Shown one piece after another: positions 1-10,235 of a stretch of 64,000 nucleotides of DNA. Source of the stretch: Microbacteriaceae bacterium (GTDB lineage Bacteria; Actinomycetota; Actinomycetes; Actinomycetales; Microbacteriaceae); contig CANFJH010000001.1 in assembly GCA_947447395.1 (NCBI GenBank), forward strand, positions 4,628-68,627. The letters run 5' to 3'. The translations under genes were made by a program, and so were the position numbers. Position 1 is the stretch's first letter. Every line of letters begins with the position of its first letter. The notes below the pieces were generated by a model. That model did not search any database. It was not told where the DNA came from and was given only the letters and a program-made list of their open reading frames with translations.

Positions 1-270
1 TTGACCAAGCAATACCAGCGCATGTTTGAACTAGATGGTTTTGAACTTGAATTCGAAAAGCCCGCTCTGGAGGCAATTGCCGATCTAGCTCTTGAACGTT
101 CAACCGGTGCTCGCGGGCTTAGAGCCATCATGGAGGAAATCCTAGGGCCCGTGATGTATGAACTTCCTGGAAGTGCAGTTCAAGGTCGAGTCAAAATTAC
201 CGCCGAAGTCGTTACCAATAAGGTTGCTCCAAAGGTTGCTCCTTTCCGTGCACAGGAGAAGTCGGCTTAA
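1..270 (+). CDS. clpX: ATP-dependent Clp protease ATP-binding subunit ClpX, C-terminal part (5' end outside window)
   Basis: [11 protein letters not shown]...[19 protein letters not shown] is the ClpX C-terminal signature. Confidence 0.93.
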   Translation: MTKQYQRMFELDGFELEFEKPALEAIADLALERSTGARGLRAIMEEILGPVMYELPGSAVQGRVKITAEVVTNKVAPKVAPFRAQEKSA

Positions 271-271
271 A

Positions 272-1420
272 TTGTCTATCAAGGCACCCATTCTGGCTGG
301 TTGCGTTTCCGCTATCACTGGCGTAGCTGCTTCCACGGGTGTAGTGCTGGCAGCCATGAAGGGTCTCGGCGCTTCGAACGGTCAAATTCTTTCTATTATT
401 TTTGTGGCCACATTTGGTTACGGTCTGCTTTCAATCGTGCTTTCGCTTCTTTACAAAATGCCCTTGTCGATCGTCTGGTCAACTCCTGGGGCGGCAATGC
501 TCGTTGCTGCCGGCACGCTCAAGCTTGGTTTTCCAGTAGCTGTTGGTTCATTTATTATTTCGGGTGTTTTGCTTACTCTTACCGGCCTTTGGCCTGCACT
601 TGGGCGCCTAGTTTCAGCGATTCCTAAGCCGATTGCCTCGGCAATGCTCGCAGGGGTCATCTTTAGTTTTTGTATCAGCCCATTCAAGGTGATTTCTACA
701 AATCCTTGGGTCGTTTTGCCTGCACTTTTGGTTTGGTTGGTGCTTTACCGTTTTGCCACAATTTGGGCGGCGCCAGCGGCAATCGCGGTCATGGGTGTTG
801 TGATCGCTTTCACGGTGCCAATTCCGTCGGCGGCTTTTTCGATCATCCCGCACATTGAATTCACCATGCCTCAGTTCACCCTTACCGGCTTGGTTTCCAT
901 TGCAATTCCGCTGTACTTGGTAACCATGGCTTCGCAGAACATTCCCGGCATTGCCATCATGAAAACCTATGACTTTGAAGTGCCTTTCAAGCCGGTTATG
1001 GTGACTACCGGTCTTGCATCCATTTTCTCGGCGCCAATCGGTGGTTTCGCATTCAACCTGGCCGCTATAACAGCTGCAATCAATGCGAATGAGCACGCTC
1101 ATCCTGAGCATAAGAAACGCTACCTAGCATCTGTTTATGGCGGAGTGATCTATTTGGCGCTGGCGCTTCTTGCCGTTCCATTCATTTCGTTCGTGCTGAA
1201 CGTTCCGCATGAGTTGATTTTGGCCATGGCCGGCATTGCTCTCTTTGCAACAATCACTTCGGCAATGACTTCTGCCACCGAAGACGCAGGGCTACGTTTG
1301 CCAGCAATAATTACATTCCTGGTAGGCGCATCGGGTTTTGCGGTAGCTGGGATTGGCGCTGCCTTTTGGGCTTTGCTAAGCGGTGTTGTGGTCTGGCAGG
1401 TTTTGAAGAAACGCTCTTAG
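272..1420 (+). CDS. benE: Benzoate/H+ symporter BenE-family transporter
   Basis: WSTPGAA, AMLAG, MASQNIPG and NLAAITAA motifs; start moved to TTG at 272, just after the clpX stop. Confidence 0.85.
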   Translation: MSIKAPILAGCVSAITGVAASTGVVLAAMKGLGASNGQILSIIFVATFGYGLLSIVLSLLYKMPLSIVWSTPGAAMLVAAGTLKLGFPVAVGSFIISGVLLTLTGLWPALGRLVSAIPKPIASAMLAGVIFSFCISPFKVISTNPWVVLPALLVWLVLYRFATIWAAPAAIAVMGVVIAFTVPIPSAAFSIIPHIEFTMPQFTLTGLVSIAIPLYLVTMASQNIPGIAIMKTYDFEVPFKPVMVTTGLASIFSAPIGGFAFNLAAITAAINANEHAHPEHKKRYLASVYGGVIYLALALLAVPFISFVLNVPHELILAMAGIALFATITSAMTSATEDAGLRLPAIITFLVGASGFAVAGIGAAFWALLSGVVVWQVLKKRS

Positions 1421-4035
1421 GCTTCTTCTACTTCGGCGAGAACTACGTTTTCAACGGAGAACTCTTCTCCCTCTTCAAAAGCAAGATCTGCAATCTTTCC
1501 AACCGCCTTGAAGTCTGCTTCAAGTAATCGCAATGTCGTCAAGACAGTTGCGGGGGAGACCAGGGTAGCCGATTCCACGGCTGCCTTCATAGAAACCTTC
1601 GCATCTGACTTAGCTTTGCGTAGGCCGAATAGCGCCTCTTTCGCAAGTTCAAGAACAGTAAGGTTACCCGCATCTAGACCATCGGTTAGTTCGTCAGGCT
1701 TCGGCCAAGTTGCTCGGTGAATTGAACCGGCATCGGTCTGCCACCAACTCCACACCTCGTCTGTTGCGAACGGTAGGAATGGCGCGAATAGTCGAAGCAT
1801 CGTGTGAAGCGCCTTGCGAAGAGCCACAGCGGCTGATGCCTGTTCGGCCGGTGAGTATTCGCCCTGACCGTAAGCGCGTTCCTTTACTAACTCAAGGTAG
1901 TTGTCGGTGAAGTTCCAAAAGAAACTTTCGGCAACCTCCAGCGCCTTGGTGTGGTCGTAGTTTTCGAAAGCGGTCGTTGCATCTCGAACCACTTCGGCAA
2001 GGTTTAGAAGTAGCGACTGGTCTACGGCTTCGGTTACTTCGGTAATGCCATCGGCAGGTTCGAAGCTGAGAACGAACTTACTGGCATTCAGAAGTTTGAT
2101 GGCAAGGCGGCGACCAATCTTCATCTGACCTTCGTCGAAGGCAGCGTCGGTGCCGAGTCTCGCCGATGCAGCCCAGTAGCGAACTGCGTCTGCGCCGTGG
2201 TTGTCGATTGGTTCAGCAGGAACAACAACATTGCCCTTTGACTTAGACATCTTCTTGCGGTCTGGGTCAAGGATCCAGCCCGAGATTGCGGCGTTACTCC
2301 ACGGAAGCTGACCGCTTTCTTGTTCGCTGCGGAGCAGGGTCGAGAACAACCAGGTGCGAATAATGTCTTGGCCCTGAGGTCGCAGATTGAATGGGAAAAC
2401 CTTGGCGTACTTTTCAGGGTCAGAAATCCAGCCGCCGGCAAGTTGCGGAGTAAGCGAGCTGGTTGCCCAGGTGTCCATTATGTCCACTTCGCCAACGAAT
2501 CCGTTTGGCTGGCTCCGTTGTGACTCGTTGTAGCCAGCAGGAACATCGGTCGATGGGTCAACCGGAAGTAGTTCGTGACTTGGAGTTAGAACCTTGTCGA
2601 AGTCTGGGTTACCGTCTTGATCCAGGGCATACCAAACCGGGATTGGAACACCGAAGAAACGCTGGCGAGAGATCAGCCAGTCGCCGGTTAGGCCGTTGAC
2701 CCAGTTTTCGTAGCGAACACGCATGAAGTCTGGGTGGAAAGCAAGGTCCTTGCCTTTACTGACTAGTTCGTTTCTTAGTGCTTCGTCTCGGCCACCGTTT
2801 CGGATGTACCACTGGCGAGTAGAAACGATTTCAAGAGGCTTGTCACCCTTTTCAAAGAACTTGACCGGGTGGGTAATCGGTTTGGCTTCGCCAACCATAT
2901 CGCCAGATTCTTGTAGCAGTTCAACCATGCGCTGTTTTGCCGAGAATGTGGTTTTACCAGCGATTTCGGCAAAGATTTCCCTACCCTTTTCGCTGACGAT
3001 TGCTTCCGGAGCTTCGGTGATGATTCGACCATCCCAGCCGAGAATTGCGCGGTTTGGTAGGTCCAGTTCACGCCACCAGATAACGTCGGTGACGTCTCCA
3101 AAAGTACAAATCATGGCTATGCCAGAACCCTTTTCCTGGCTAGCCAAGCGGTGAGCTACAACCGGAACTTCAACGCCGAATAGTGGCGTGGTGACTGTCT
3201 TGCCGAATAGTGGCTGGTAGCGCTCATCATCTGGATGAGCAACCAGCGCAACACAGGCGGCAAGAAGTTCTGGGCGAGTGGTTTCGATGTAAATTTTGCC
3301 GTCTGGTCCATCAAAACCAATGCGGTGGTAAGCGCCAGGCTGATCGCGATCTTCAAGTTCTGCTTGGGCAACCGCTGTGCGGAAGGTGACGTCCCAGAGA
3401 GTTGGAGCCATTGACTGGTAGGCCTCGCCACGCTCCAAGTTATTCAGAAATGCCTTCTGGCTAACTGCCTGAGCGTCCGGGGAGATGGTCTGGTAGGTCT
3501 GTGACCAGTCGACCGAGAGGCCAAGCCTGCGCCAGAGAGCTTCAAACTGCTTCTCATCTTCTGTGGTCAGCTTTTCGCAAAGTTCAATAAAGTTTCGGCG
3601 GCTTATTGGAATCTGGTCGGCAGCCTTCGAAGACTTGTTGTCGCCACCCTCGAATGGGGGAACGAAGTTGGCGTCGTAAGGAAGGCTTGGGTCGCAGCGT
3701 ACTCCGAAGAAGTTTTGAACGCGACGCTCGGTTGGCAGACCGTTGTCGTCCCAGCCCATTGGGTAGTAAACCTCTTTTCCTAGCATGCGCTGGAAGCGAG
3801 CAACCACGTCGGTGTGGGTGTAGCTGAAAACGTGCCCCACGTGAAGCGAACCCGAGACGGTAGGTGGCGGGGTGTCAATCGAGTAAATATTTGCGCGTTC
3901 TGCTGTTCGATCGAATGAGTAAACGCAGTTTTCATCCCACTTTTGCGCCCACTTGGTCTCGAGACCTTCCACGCTCACCTTTTCTGGTGCGGTGGCAGGC
4001 ATGAGGAAGGCGGAAGCAGATTGCTGATAAGTCAC
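1417..4035 (-). CDS. valS: Valine--tRNA ligase
   Basis: [28 protein letters not shown]; GGAG upstream of the GTG start. Confidence 0.96.
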   Translation of the reverse strand: MTYQQSASAFLMPATAPEKVSVEGLETKWAQKWDENCVYSFDRTAERANIYSIDTPPPTVSGSLHVGHVFSYTHTDVVARFQRMLGKEVYYPMGWDDNGLPTERRVQNFFGVRCDPSLPYDANFVPPFEGGDNKSSKAADQIPISRRNFIELCEKLTTEDEKQFEALWRRLGLSVDWSQTYQTISPDAQAVSQKAFLNNLERGEAYQSMAPTLWDVTFRTAVAQAELEDRDQPGAYHRIGFDGPDGKIYIETTRPELLAACVALVAHPDDERYQPLFGKTVTTPLFGVEVPVVAHRLASQEKGSGIAMICTFGDVTDVIWWRELDLPNRAILGWDGRIITEAPEAIVSEKGREIFAEIAGKTTFSAKQRMVELLQESGDMVGEAKPITHPVKFFEKGDKPLEIVSTRQWYIRNGGRDEALRNELVSKGKDLAFHPDFMRVRYENWVNGLTGDWLISRQRFFGVPIPVWYALDQDGNPDFDKVLTPSHELLPVDPSTDVPAGYNESQRSQPNGFVGEVDIMDTWATSSLTPQLAGGWISDPEKYAKVFPFNLRPQGQDIIRTWLFSTLLRSEQESGQLPWSNAAISGWILDPDRKKMSKSKGNVVVPAEPIDNHGADAVRYWAASARLGTDAAFDEGQMKIGRRLAIKLLNASKFVLSFEPADGITEVTEAVDQSLLLNLAEVVRDATTAFENYDHTKALEVAESFFWNFTDNYLELVKERAYGQGEYSPAEQASAAVALRKALHTMLRLFAPFLPFATDEVWSWWQTDAGSIHRATWPKPDELTDGLDAGNLTVLELAKEALFGLRKAKSDAKVSMKAAVESATLVSPATVLTTLRLLEADFKAVGKIADLAFEEGEEFSVENVVLAEVEEA

Positions 4036-4112
4036 GTGGGAGTCTCCAAAACTAGCGTTCTAATAAGGTTAACATTGACTTAGAAAACCTTTTGTAAGCC
4101 AGAAAGCATCAA

Positions 4113-7100
4113 ATGTACCCAAAGAGCCAAAACTCTGCCACGCCCGGTGTTAATCCGTCTCCGAGTTTCCCAGAGGTTGAGCAGGGAATTCTGGCTTTTT
4201 GGAAGGGTGACGATACTTTCCAGTCGTCGATCGATCAGCGTTCAACCGACAACGAGTTTGTTTTCTATGACGGCCCTCCGTTTGCAAACGGACTTCCTCA
4301 CTACGGTCACCTGCTTACCGGCTACGCAAAAGATATGGTTCCTCGCTATAAGACCATGAAGGGTTTCCGGGTCGAGCGTCGTTTTGGTTGGGATACTCAC
4401 GGTCTTCCAGCCGAAGTAGAGGCTGAACGTCAGCTTGGAATCTCGGGTCGCCTAGAGATCGAAAAGTTTGGAATCCAAAAGTTCAACGACACCTGTAAGT
4501 CGTCGGTGCTTCGTTACACCGAGGAATGGCGTGAATACATCACTCGACAGGCAAGATGGGTTGACTTCGATAACGACTACAAGACCTTAGACAAGGACTA
4601 CACCGAGAGTGTGCTCTGGGCTTTTAAAGAACTTCACAAGAAGGGCCTGATCTACGAAGGTTTCAAGGTCTTGGCTTATTGCTGGCGCTGTGAAACTCCT
4701 CTTTCGAACCACGAACTGCGCATGGACGATGAGGTTTACAAAAACCGCCAGGACCAGACCGTCACTGTTACTTTCCCAGTACTTGAGGGAGAACGATTCG
4801 CAGGAGTAAAGCTACTAGCCTGGACCACCACCCCGTGGACACTTCCAACTAACTTCGCTCTAGCGGTTGGCCCGAACATTGAATACGCGGTGGTAAACGG
4901 TTACCTACTTTCGAAGAACTTAATCGGTGCGCACTTCAAGGAACTCGGTTTTGAGTCGGCTGAAGACGCACTGTCCGCGGTAACAGAGACTGTACTAGGT
5001 TCTGAACTCGGCGGAATTCGCTACCAACGACTTTTTGACTACTACTCAGACATTGAAAAGTTTGGTACCGAAAATGCTTGGCAGATCTTGGTCGACGACT
5101 ACGTTGGCGACGGCGACGGAACAGGAATTGTTCACCAGGCTCCTGCCTACGGTGAAGATGACCAGCGCGTTTGTGAAGCTGCGGGCATCCCTGTTCTTAT
5201 TTCGGTAAATGAACGAGGCGAGTTTGTTTCACTGATTTCAGATTTCGCCGGCCAGCATGCTTTTGATGCCAACAAGGACATCATCACTTGGTTGAAGGAG
5301 CATGGCCGCCTATTTAAGCAGGCGTCATACGATCACCCATACCCACATTGCTACCGCTGCAAGAACCCTCTTATCTACAAGGCGGTATCGTCTTGGTTCG
5401 TTGAGACCACCAAGGTTCGCGACCGCATGTTGGAGCTGAACCAGGAGATCGACTGGACTCCTGATCACACCAAGGACGGCTCGTTCGGCAAGTGGCTCGA
5501 GAACGTGCGTGACTGGGCTATTAGCCGAAACCGTTTCTGGGGTGCACCAATTCCGGTTTGGAAGTCTGACGACCCTGCCTACCCACGCGTGGACGTTTAC
5601 GGTTCGCTTGACGAGCTTGAGGCTGACTTCGGCGTTCGTCCTAGTGACTTTCACCGACCAATCATCGACGACTTAACTCGACCTAACCCCGATGACCCAA
5701 CTGGAAAATCGACTATGCGTCGCGTTCCAGAAGTTTTGGACTGCTGGTTTGAATCGGGTTCGATGCCTTTTGCGCAAGTTCATTACCCTTTTGAGAACCA
5801 GGAATGGTTCGAAAGCCACAACCCAGGTGATTACATCGTGGAGTACGTTGGCCAGACTCGCGGTTGGTTCTACACCTTGCATGTTTTGGCCACGGCACTG
5901 TTTGACCGACCTGCATTCAAGACCGCCATTAGCCACGGAATCATTTTGGGTAACGATGGCCAGAAGATGTCCAAGTCACTTCGCAACTACCCGGATGTGA
6001 ATGAGGTGTTCGACCGCGACGGCGCAGATGCCATGCGTTGGTTCTTGCTATCGAGCCCAATCTTGCGCGGTGGAAACCTGATTGTCACCGAACAGGGTAT
6101 TCGCGAGGGTGTCAGGCAGCTACTGCTGCCACTCTGGAATTCCTATTACTTCTTCAGTCTTTACGCGAATGCGGCAAACTATGAGGCTAAGTTCTCTACC
6201 GATTCCACGGACGTACTCGATCGCTATTTGTTGGCAAAGACTCACGATCTGATCGTTAACGTTGAAAAGGCCATGGACCGTTACGACTCGTACGTTGCTA
6301 CCAACCTGCTTCGCGACTTTGCCGATGTGCTCACCAACTGGTACGTTCGTCGTTCGCGTGACCGCTTCTGGGAAGGGTCTCCGGAAGGATTCGACACTCT
6401 TTACACCGTTTTGGAAACCCTTTGTCGTGTTGCAGCGCCGCTGCTTCCAATGGTTACCGAAGAAGTTTGGAAGGGTCTAACCAATGGCCGCTCGGTTCAC
6501 CTAACCGACTGGCCTAACGCAAAGAACTTCCCGGCCAACGACAAGTTGGTATCAGCCATGGACCAAATCCGCTCTGCGTCGTCTGTTTCAAACGCGCTTC
6601 GCAAGGCTGCTTCTCTTCGCAACCGCTTGCCTCTTGCCAAGTTGACCGTGGTTACTAATGATTCGGCAGACCTTGAGCAGTTCACCTCGCTACTTGCGGA
6701 TGAACTAAACGTGAAAGCGATAGAACTCGTTGAACTAGACGAAACCTCTGGTGAGCTTTTTGGTGTGGTTAAGCAGCTAACCGTAAATTCTCGTGTTGCC
6801 GGCCCCCGTTTAGGCGCAGGAGTTCAGCACGTAATTCGCGGCGCCAAATCGGGCGCTTGGTCTCTTGTTGACGGCAAGGTTGTTGTCGATGGAGTCGAGC
6901 TTCTCGAAGAGGAATACGAGTTGGCACTAGTTGCTGATTTGTCTTCTGGCGACAGCAAGAACCTCATCGGGATCTTGCCTTCTGGAGGCTTTGTGATTCT
7001 TGATGGTGATGTCACGGCTGAACTTGAGGTTGAAGGTGCTGCCCGAGACCTAATTCGTGCGATTCAACAAACTCGTAAGGATTCTGGTTTGGATGTTAGC

Positions 7101-7250
7101 GACCGAATCAAGCTAACGATTTCGGGAGACGAAGCCACGCTTGGAGCAATTTCCGCACACAAAGAACTAATTAAGTCTGAAACTCTGACCCTGGAGCTAG
7201 TGACCAATTCAATGCAGGGAGATGTTCAGATTTCGGTGGAAAAACTTTGA
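4113..7250 (+). CDS. ileS: Isoleucine--tRNA ligase (type 2, IleRS2)
   Basis: [36 protein letters not shown]; 1045 aa with type-2 C-terminus. Confidence 0.96.
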   Translation: MYPKSQNSATPGVNPSPSFPEVEQGILAFWKGDDTFQSSIDQRSTDNEFVFYDGPPFANGLPHYGHLLTGYAKDMVPRYKTMKGFRVERRFGWDTHGLPAEVEAERQLGISGRLEIEKFGIQKFNDTCKSSVLRYTEEWREYITRQARWVDFDNDYKTLDKDYTESVLWAFKELHKKGLIYEGFKVLAYCWRCETPLSNHELRMDDEVYKNRQDQTVTVTFPVLEGERFAGVKLLAWTTTPWTLPTNFALAVGPNIEYAVVNGYLLSKNLIGAHFKELGFESAEDALSAVTETVLGSELGGIRYQRLFDYYSDIEKFGTENAWQILVDDYVGDGDGTGIVHQAPAYGEDDQRVCEAAGIPVLISVNERGEFVSLISDFAGQHAFDANKDIITWLKEHGRLFKQASYDHPYPHCYRCKNPLIYKAVSSWFVETTKVRDRMLELNQEIDWTPDHTKDGSFGKWLENVRDWAISRNRFWGAPIPVWKSDDPAYPRVDVYGSLDELEADFGVRPSDFHRPIIDDLTRPNPDDPTGKSTMRRVPEVLDCWFESGSMPFAQVHYPFENQEWFESHNPGDYIVEYVGQTRGWFYTLHVLATALFDRPAFKTAISHGIILGNDGQKMSKSLRNYPDVNEVFDRDGADAMRWFLLSSPILRGGNLIVTEQGIREGVRQLLLPLWNSYYFFSLYANAANYEAKFSTDSTDVLDRYLLAKTHDLIVNVEKAMDRYDSYVATNLLRDFADVLTNWYVRRSRDRFWEGSPEGFDTLYTVLETLCRVAAPLLPMVTEEVWKGLTNGRSVHLTDWPNAKNFPANDKLVSAMDQIRSASSVSNALRKAASLRNRLPLAKLTVVTNDSADLEQFTSLLADELNVKAIELVELDETSGELFGVVKQLTVNSRVAGPRLGAGVQHVIRGAKSGAWSLVDGKVVVDGVELLEEEYELALVADLSSGDSKNLIGILPSGGFVILDGDVTAELEVEGAARDLIRAIQQTRKDSGLDVSDRIKLTISGDEATLGAISAHKELIKSETLTLELVTNSMQGDVQISVEKL

Positions 7251-8587
7251 TTAAAAACGTCAAGGACCTAGAAAAAGCCTTACTTGCCCGAATGCCGGAG
7301 CACGAGCTTCGTCCGCGTCTTGAGCCAACTGCAAGGGCTGCTGCTTTACTGGGCGACCCGCAGAAGCTTTACCGAATTATTCACGTGACCGGCACCAATG
7401 GCAAGACTTCAACTACCCGAATGATCGAGCGTTTACTGAGGGAGCATTCGCTTCGTACCGGTCGATTCACAAGCCCACACCTGACCAAATTAAACGAGCG
7501 AATTGCAATCGACGGCGAGTCGGTAAGCGATGAAGTTTTGGTTGAAATTTGGAATGACATCGAACCAATTCTGAAATTGGTAGATGCAGAACTTGATGCC
7601 GAGGGGGAGCAGGCTCTCACATACTTCGAGGCTCTGACACTCCTTGCCTTTGCTATCTTCGCGGACGCCCCAGTAGATGTTTTAGTTCTAGAAGTAGGAA
7701 TGGGCGGCGAGTGGGATTCCACCAACGTCGCCGATGGCGATGTTGCGGTTTTCACTCCAATTGCGCTTGATCATGTTGATCGGCTCGGGCACACCATTTC
7801 AGAAATCGCTAAAACTAAGGCTGGAATCATTAAGTCTGGTGCCGTTGTGGTTTCTGCAAAACAGCCTCCCGAGGCCATGATGCAGTTGCAATCGAAGACC
7901 AAAGAAATCGCCGAACGTTTGGTCTCTTACGGTAACGATTTCGAAGCTACGAATGTGGTTTCGGAACTAAAGGGTCAACGCTTTGAGCTTCGAACTTTGG
8001 CGGGGGAGTATAAAGACCTGTTCATGCCACTTTATGGCGAACACCAGGCTGAGAACGCCGCTCTTGCAGTTGCAGCAGTCGAGGCATTCTTAGGGAACGG
8101 CGAACGTCGAATCTTGGACGACATCGTGCGCGTATCGTTCTCAGATATCGTTTCGCCGGGGCGTCTTCAGGTGGTTAGCCGCGAGCCTCTGACAATCGTC
8201 GATGGCGCGCACAACCCTCATGGTGCTCGCTCGCTGGTGAAGGCTCTTGCGAACAGTTTCAATTCGCCTCGTACAGTCGGTGTAGTTGGCATTTTGAACG
8301 GTAAAAACGTCGACGAAATGTTGGAAACTCTGGCCGGCAGTTTCGAAAAGGTCATCATCACTGCTTCGCATTCGGAGCGCTCGGTCGAAAAGAATGAGCT
8401 TGCCGTCCTGGCTGCGAAATTCTGGGGTGACGAAGCGATTTCAATTTCCTCAAGTGTGTCAAGGGCAATACAGGAAGCACGTGAACTGGTGGTTTCAGCC
8501 GGGCTTGAAGCGATAGTTATTACCGGTTCGCTCAGCGTGGTTGGCGAAGCGTTGGTAATGGTGCAGGAGGAAAACAATGAAGACTAA
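7247..8587 (+). CDS. folC: Folylpolyglutamate synthase/dihydrofolate synthase
   Basis: [33 protein letters not shown]. Confidence 0.95.
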   Translation: MIKNVKDLEKALLARMPEHELRPRLEPTARAAALLGDPQKLYRIIHVTGTNGKTSTTRMIERLLREHSLRTGRFTSPHLTKLNERIAIDGESVSDEVLVEIWNDIEPILKLVDAELDAEGEQALTYFEALTLLAFAIFADAPVDVLVLEVGMGGEWDSTNVADGDVAVFTPIALDHVDRLGHTISEIAKTKAGIIKSGAVVVSAKQPPEAMMQLQSKTKEIAERLVSYGNDFEATNVVSELKGQRFELRTLAGEYKDLFMPLYGEHQAENAALAVAAVEAFLGNGERRILDDIVRVSFSDIVSPGRLQVVSREPLTIVDGAHNPHGARSLVKALANSFNSPRTVGVVGILNGKNVDEMLETLAGSFEKVIITASHSERSVEKNELAVLAAKFWGDEAISISSSVSRAIQEARELVVSAGLEAIVITGSLSVVGEALVMVQEENNED

Positions 8588-8978
8588 ATCGCTAAAACGT
8601 AGTCTCGGTTCCATGGCATTGGCCTTCGAATCATTTGTTGTTTTCTTTTCCATGTTGGCAGCCTTCGGACTTCGACTTGCCGATGGAATCACGGTTTGGT
8701 CGATCGGTCTATCGATCTCGATACTCATGATCTTGTTACCTGGCATCCACGGTAAAAAAGGAACCTATGCAATTGGTTGGACGCTACAGGTGATCGTGCT
8801 CGGAATCTCAATATTCACTATCTTCTATAGCCCTCTGGGTTACGGCTATCTGGTTCTTTCAATAATTTTTATTGGCGTATGGGCTTGGGCAATGATTGCC
8901 GGGAGCACAGTCGATGCAGCGAACCGCGTTTTAGCAAGTCAAAACAATTCACAAAACAGCACTGAGGAGCTCAAATGA
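8577..8978 (+). CDS. DUF4233-like membrane protein
   Basis: Four hydrophobic segments; sits between folC and ndk as usual in Actinobacteria. Confidence 0.7.
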   Translation: MKTKSLKRSLGSMALAFESFVVFFSMLAAFGLRLADGITVWSIGLSISILMILLPGIHGKKGTYAIGWTLQVIVLGISIFTIFYSPLGYGYLVLSIIFIGVWAWAMIAGSTVDAANRVLASQNNSQNSTEELK

Positions 8979-9385
8979 GTCAACAAACACTAGTACTAGT
9001 AAAGCCAGATGGCGTAAAGCGCAACCTGGTTGGCGAGATTATTCGCAGGTGTGAAGCCAAAGGCTATGTTGTTGCAGACCTTCGCATGGTTCAGGCATCA
9101 CGTGAACTTCTAGCACAGCACTATTCCGAGCACGAGGGAAAGCCATTCTATGAGCCGCTTGTTGAATTCATGATGTCTGGTGCAGTCGTAGCAATTCGCC
9201 TAGAAGGTAACCGAGTCATAGAAGGTTTCCGCTCGCTAGCCGGAACCACCGACCCTACGGTTGCTGCTCCAGGAACCATTCGTGGCGACCTTGGCCGCGA
9301 CTGGGGTCTGAAGGTGCAGCAAAACCTTGTCCATGGCAGTGACTCAGAGGAATCTGCCGCGCGCGAATTAGCGCTCTGGTTTTAG
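8975..9385 (+). CDS. ndk: Nucleoside-diphosphate kinase
   Basis: LVKPDGV, PGTIRGD, NLVHGSDS. Confidence 0.97.
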   Translation: MSQQTLVLVKPDGVKRNLVGEIIRRCEAKGYVVADLRMVQASRELLAQHYSEHEGKPFYEPLVEFMMSGAVVAIRLEGNRVIEGFRSLAGTTDPTVAAPGTIRGDLGRDWGLKVQQNLVHGSDSEESAARELALWF

Positions 9386-9387
9386 TT

Positions 9388-10011
9388 TTAGCCAAACAGT
9401 AAGTGCCAGCTGCTCCAGAAGGAGATGATGATGGCAAGTGCTGCTAGGAACTCGGTTCCAAGTGCGTAAACCCAGGAAATATCCTGCGACTTTACAAACA
9501 ATCCAATGGCTTTCACTGGCACGTCGATAATGCCTTCGGCGCCAGCCCAGATAAAGGTTCTCCAAAAGAGTGGAATCATGGCCAGCCATGCCAACATGCA
9601 GTAAGGGCAAAGCACGTGGATCACGAAAGTACTTTGGGTGAATAGCCAGAGCACAAACAAGAAACCCATTGATAGGCCAATGAGATAGATTCGCCAAAAC
9701 CACTGTTTGAACTGGGCGCCTGCCAGGATGGCAAATCCCACGAATATTGGAGCAACGAACGCGGCCAGACCAATGATTGGGTTAGGGAAGCCAAATAATC
9801 TTGCTTGAGCGGTAAGCATTACCGATTTGCACGAAATGAAAATGTTCATGTCGCAGCTCAGTACTGCGTCTGGGTTGGCAGCCACGTGTAAACGTTCTAG
9901 TGTTAGCGCAAAAGCAGCTACCCAACCAAGTAAGCCCAAAAAGATTGAAAACCAGGCAAATGACTTCGATGGGCTCTCGACAAAATCGTCGGTGGTTTGA
10001 ATGTTGCTCAC
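9388..10011 (-). CDS. Vitamin K epoxide reductase (VKOR) family disulfide-bond protein
   Basis: SCDMNIFISC, FGFPN and CPYC redox motif; probable leaderless GTG at 10011 (GATACT 6 nt upstream). Confidence 0.88.
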   Translation of the reverse strand: MSNIQTTDDFVESPSKSFAWFSIFLGLLGWVAAFALTLERLHVAANPDAVLSCDMNIFISCKSVMLTAQARLFGFPNPIIGLAAFVAPIFVGFAILAGAQFKQWFWRIYLIGLSMGFLFVLWLFTQSTFVIHVLCPYCMLAWLAMIPLFWRTFIWAGAEGIIDVPVKAIGLFVKSQDISWVYALGTEFLAALAIIISFWSSWHLLFG

Positions 10012-10044
10012 CAAATAAGTATCGCATCGTGCCATACTTGAGTT

Positions 10045-10235
10045 AGCTACGAATCGCACCACACGCGATGTGAGCTAAAGGATTTTCGGGTAAACCCAAA
10101 AAGCGCGTAAGACCAAAGTTGGCAGCCTAGGTAAAAACCGAGTAAAGAAGTTTGGTTGACCAAAAGGTTAATCGTTGATTTTGAGCAAAAGCTCTGGTGA
10201 GTGTGGCCCAGATTTTTGCGGCACGGAGATACAAA
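10045..10235 (+). promoter_or_regulatory. Putative long structured 5' leader of rne
   Basis: TGC-CATACT extended -10 at 10030-10038, followed by several short hairpins with A-rich loops. Confidence 0.45.
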
